From positions 1 to 64,000 of IMG/VR virus record IMGVR_UViG_3300042907_001269: 64,000 bases of DNA; one strand, written 5' to 3'. Position numbers and translations under genes: made by a program. The notes below the pieces were generated by a model that was given only the letters and a program-made list of their open reading frames with translations, was not told the origin of the DNA and made no database searches. Shown piece after piece: positions 61,697 through 64,000 of the stretch. The number at the start of each line of letters is the position of its first letter. The first letter of the stretch is position 1. This DNA is from a virus.

Positions 61697-62875
61697 ATGC
61701 CTACATTTTATAACTTTACGGAAAATGGAGTTGTCTATAGTTTTGATGATGTCTTTGTGCCTGCTGATTTGTTTCGTGATGGGAACTTATTCACTTGGGG
61801 TGCTGGAGGTACTGGAATACTTGGAAATGCAGCAACAACCGATAGATCCACTCCAGTCACCACATCTGCTGGAGGAACCAACTGGAAACAAGTCAGTGGT
61901 GGGGCCGCGCATACAGCAGCAATAAAAACCGATGGAACTTTATGGGTTTGGGGTTCGGGAACTTATGGAAGACTTGGAAATGCATCAACAACCAATAGAT
62001 CCACTCCAGTCACCACATTTGCTGGAGGAACCAACTGGAAACAGGTAAGTGCTGGAAATGGTTTGACAGCAGCAATCAAGACCGATGGAACCTTATGGAC
62101 TTGGGGTTATGGTGCTAATGGAAGACTTGGAAACGCAGCAACAACCGATAGATCCACTCCAGTCACCACATCTGCTGGAGGAACCAACTGGAAACAGGTA
62201 AGTGCTGGAAATGGTTTGACAGCAGCAATCAAGACCGATGGAACTTTATGGGTTTGGGGTAATAATGCTAGTGGACAACTTGGAAATGCTGGCACAACTA
62301 GTAGATCCACTCCAGTCACCACATTTGCTGGAGGAACCAACTGGAAACAAGTGAGTTCTGGATTTGAGTTTACAGCAGCAATCAAGACCGATGGAACTCT
62401 TTGGCTTTGGGGTAAAGGATCTAGTGGTCAACTTGGAAACAATAGTAATGGCGATATATCTACTCCAGTCACCACATTCGCTGGAGGAACCAACTGGAAA
62501 CAAGTGGGTGCTGCTGGATACTCTCCAGCAGCAATCAAAACCGATGGAACTCTATGGGTTTGGGGGTTTTCTTTTAGTGGAAGACTTGGAACTGGTGAGC
62601 CGCCATTTACCACTAAATTCACACCAGTCACCACATTCGCTGGAGGAACCAATTGGAAACAAGTCAGTTCTGGATTTAATCACACAACAGCAATCAAGAC
62701 CGATGGAACCTTATGGACTTGGGGTTATGGTGCTAATGGAAGACTTGGAAACGCAGCAACAACTGATGTATCCACTCCAGTCACCACATTTGCCGGAGGA
62801 ACCAACTGGAAACAAGTGAGTTCTGGAGATAGTGCTCATACAGCAGCACTCACCTACCAAGACCCAGGCATCTAA
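61697..62875 (+). CDS. RCC1-repeat beta-propeller protein
   Basis: Seven repeats with the same framework. Confidence 0.92.
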   Translation: MPTFYNFTENGVVYSFDDVFVPADLFRDGNLFTWGAGGTGILGNAATTDRSTPVTTSAGGTNWKQVSGGAAHTAAIKTDGTLWVWGSGTYGRLGNASTTNRSTPVTTFAGGTNWKQVSAGNGLTAAIKTDGTLWTWGYGANGRLGNAATTDRSTPVTTSAGGTNWKQVSAGNGLTAAIKTDGTLWVWGNNASGQLGNAGTTSRSTPVTTFAGGTNWKQVSSGFEFTAAIKTDGTLWLWGKGSSGQLGNNSNGDISTPVTTFAGGTNWKQVGAAGYSPAAIKTDGTLWVWGFSFSGRLGTGEPPFTTKFTPVTTFAGGTNWKQVSSGFNHTTAIKTDGTLWTWGYGANGRLGNAATTDVSTPVTTFAGGTNWKQVSSGDSAHTAALTYQDPGI

Positions 62876-62898
62876 ATACTCATAACAATCAAAATATT

Positions 62899-63681
62899 AT
62901 GAAGACATTATATTTTCTTGGAGGACTTCCAAGAAGTGGTTCTACATTATTAGGGTCTATACTCAATCAACATCCAGACATTTATGTATCACCAACATCT
63001 CCATTAGGTGATGTGGTGACTGATATTGAGCAATCATTCAATAAAGTAGACCAGCAGTTTACCTTTGACCGTAAAGCAATATCTTATAATGTCTACAAGG
63101 CAGTTCTTGCGAACTTTTATAATCATATTCCAAAGTCAACAATCCTAGACAAGCACAGATTTTGGGGTAAGAACCTTGATACGGTTCAAATGTTTCTTTC
63201 AAACAAACCAAAGATTGTAGCAACTTATCGTTCTATTCCAGAAGTTCTTACATCTTATATCTCACTGATAGAAAGAACCAAGCACGAAGATAATTTTATT
63301 GATAATCATTTGAGACGAGACAATCTTCCAATCACAAATAACAATCGTGCTGATTATATTTGGAGATATTATGTTGCTCCATCTTATGAGAGTATGGTAT
63401 ATGGTCTCACAAAGTATCCAGACTGGGTTCATCTGGTAGAATATAGTCAACTCATTTCTAATCCACAAGAAGAACTCAATAAGGTCTATGAGTTTTTAGA
63501 AGTTTCTCCTCAAGACAATAACTTCAATGAGATTGAGAATGCTTGTGGAGAACAGAAAGACGAAGCCTGGGGACTAAAAGACCTTCATACCATTCGTCCA
63601 AAGTTATCTAAAATCTCACAAAATCCTATTGATATAATAGGAGAAGAAAATGTAAAACTATATTCCAAGTTTGATTTATGA
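62899..63681 (+). CDS. PAPS-dependent sulfotransferase
   Basis: GLPRSGSTLL..ILNQHP 5'-PSB motif, DK, R.IPEVLTS, VEYSQLISNP. Confidence 0.9.
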   Translation: MKTLYFLGGLPRSGSTLLGSILNQHPDIYVSPTSPLGDVVTDIEQSFNKVDQQFTFDRKAISYNVYKAVLANFYNHIPKSTILDKHRFWGKNLDTVQMFLSNKPKIVATYRSIPEVLTSYISLIERTKHEDNFIDNHLRRDNLPITNNNRADYIWRYYVAPSYESMVYGLTKYPDWVHLVEYSQLISNPQEELNKVYEFLEVSPQDNNFNEIENACGEQKDEAWGLKDLHTIRPKLSKISQNPIDIIGEENVKLYSKFDL

Positions 63682-64000
63682 AAACTCATTTGTTAGTTGT
63701 TCTTCAGTCTCATTCAAAAGGAAACCGAGATGATAGTCACGAAAGATATTGTGAAGCACCAAAGATAGAAGTATCATCAAGATGTATTTTTTCTGTAATT
63801 GATAGTCTTAACTATGCTCAAGAACAATATCCAGATTATGAAATAGAACTCCAAATTTTTGACGACCATTCAGACCAAGAGTTTCTAGATATTCTTCAAA
63901 GATTGATTGATACGGCAAAGTTCAAAGTTAATTTGACCCATCTTGAAACTTATGGTATAATGCCTTCTATACTTCGTTGCTATGAACACGGCAGAGATTA
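63678..64000 (+). CDS. putative GT2-like glycosyltransferase, 3' truncated by window edge
   Basis: Translated by hand: MKTHLLVVLQSHS...IFDDHSD. Confidence 0.6.
   Translation, partial: MKTHLLVVLQSHSKGNRDDSHERYCEAPKIEVSSRCIFSVIDSLNYAQEQYPDYEIELQIFDDHSDQEFLDILQRLIDTAKFKVNLTHLETYGIMPSILRCYEHGRD

Noticed and set aside
55001-62652. Minus-strand ORFs with repeated PQVHKVPSVLIAAV and TCFQLVPPA
   Set aside because: Antisense shadows of the RCC1 repeats
54960-62875. RCC1 DNA repeats as a CRISPR array or DGR template/variable pair
   Set aside because: Repeats are coding and in frame; no cas or reverse transcriptase gene in the window; differences are not evidently adenine-specific

Overview
A 64-kb segment of a large T4-like cyanophage (cyanomyovirus) genome, with every credible gene on the + strand. 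Region 1-6.2 kb holds a cyanobacterial porin (5' truncated), pstS with a Pho-box-like array, dps, three tRNAs (Val-TAC with an atypical elbow, Ser-TGA, Pro-TGG), two HNH endonucleases and a structured manA/wcaG-type ncRNA. Region 6.2-24.2 kb is a glycan biosynthesis island: gmd, fcl, a kinase, a nucleotidyltransferase-HAD fusion, epimerases, methyltransferases and GT4/GT6/GT11/GT7-like/GT25 glycosyltransferases. Region 24.3-29.9 kb has two hli genes, psbA split by a 209-nt group I intron, a free-standing NUMOD3/GIY-YIG-like nuclease, a PlcP/LpxH-like phosphoesterase, petF and another HNH. Region 29.9-64 kb encodes virion fibre/appendage proteins: very large proline-free (Gly-X-Gln)n collagen-like proteins, LamG paralogs, RCC1 propeller paralogs and an S74-chaperone fibre. 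These are followed and interleaved by modifying enzymes (TPR-glycosyltransferase, 2OG-Fe(II) oxygenase, sulfotransferase, GTs). The most notable inferences are a fibre-plus-modification system, constant-framework/variable-loop shuffling among RCC1 and LamG paralogs, possible collaborative homing at psbA, and repeated late promoters embedded in translation-blocking hairpins. All calls come from motif recognition by eye; no searches were run.
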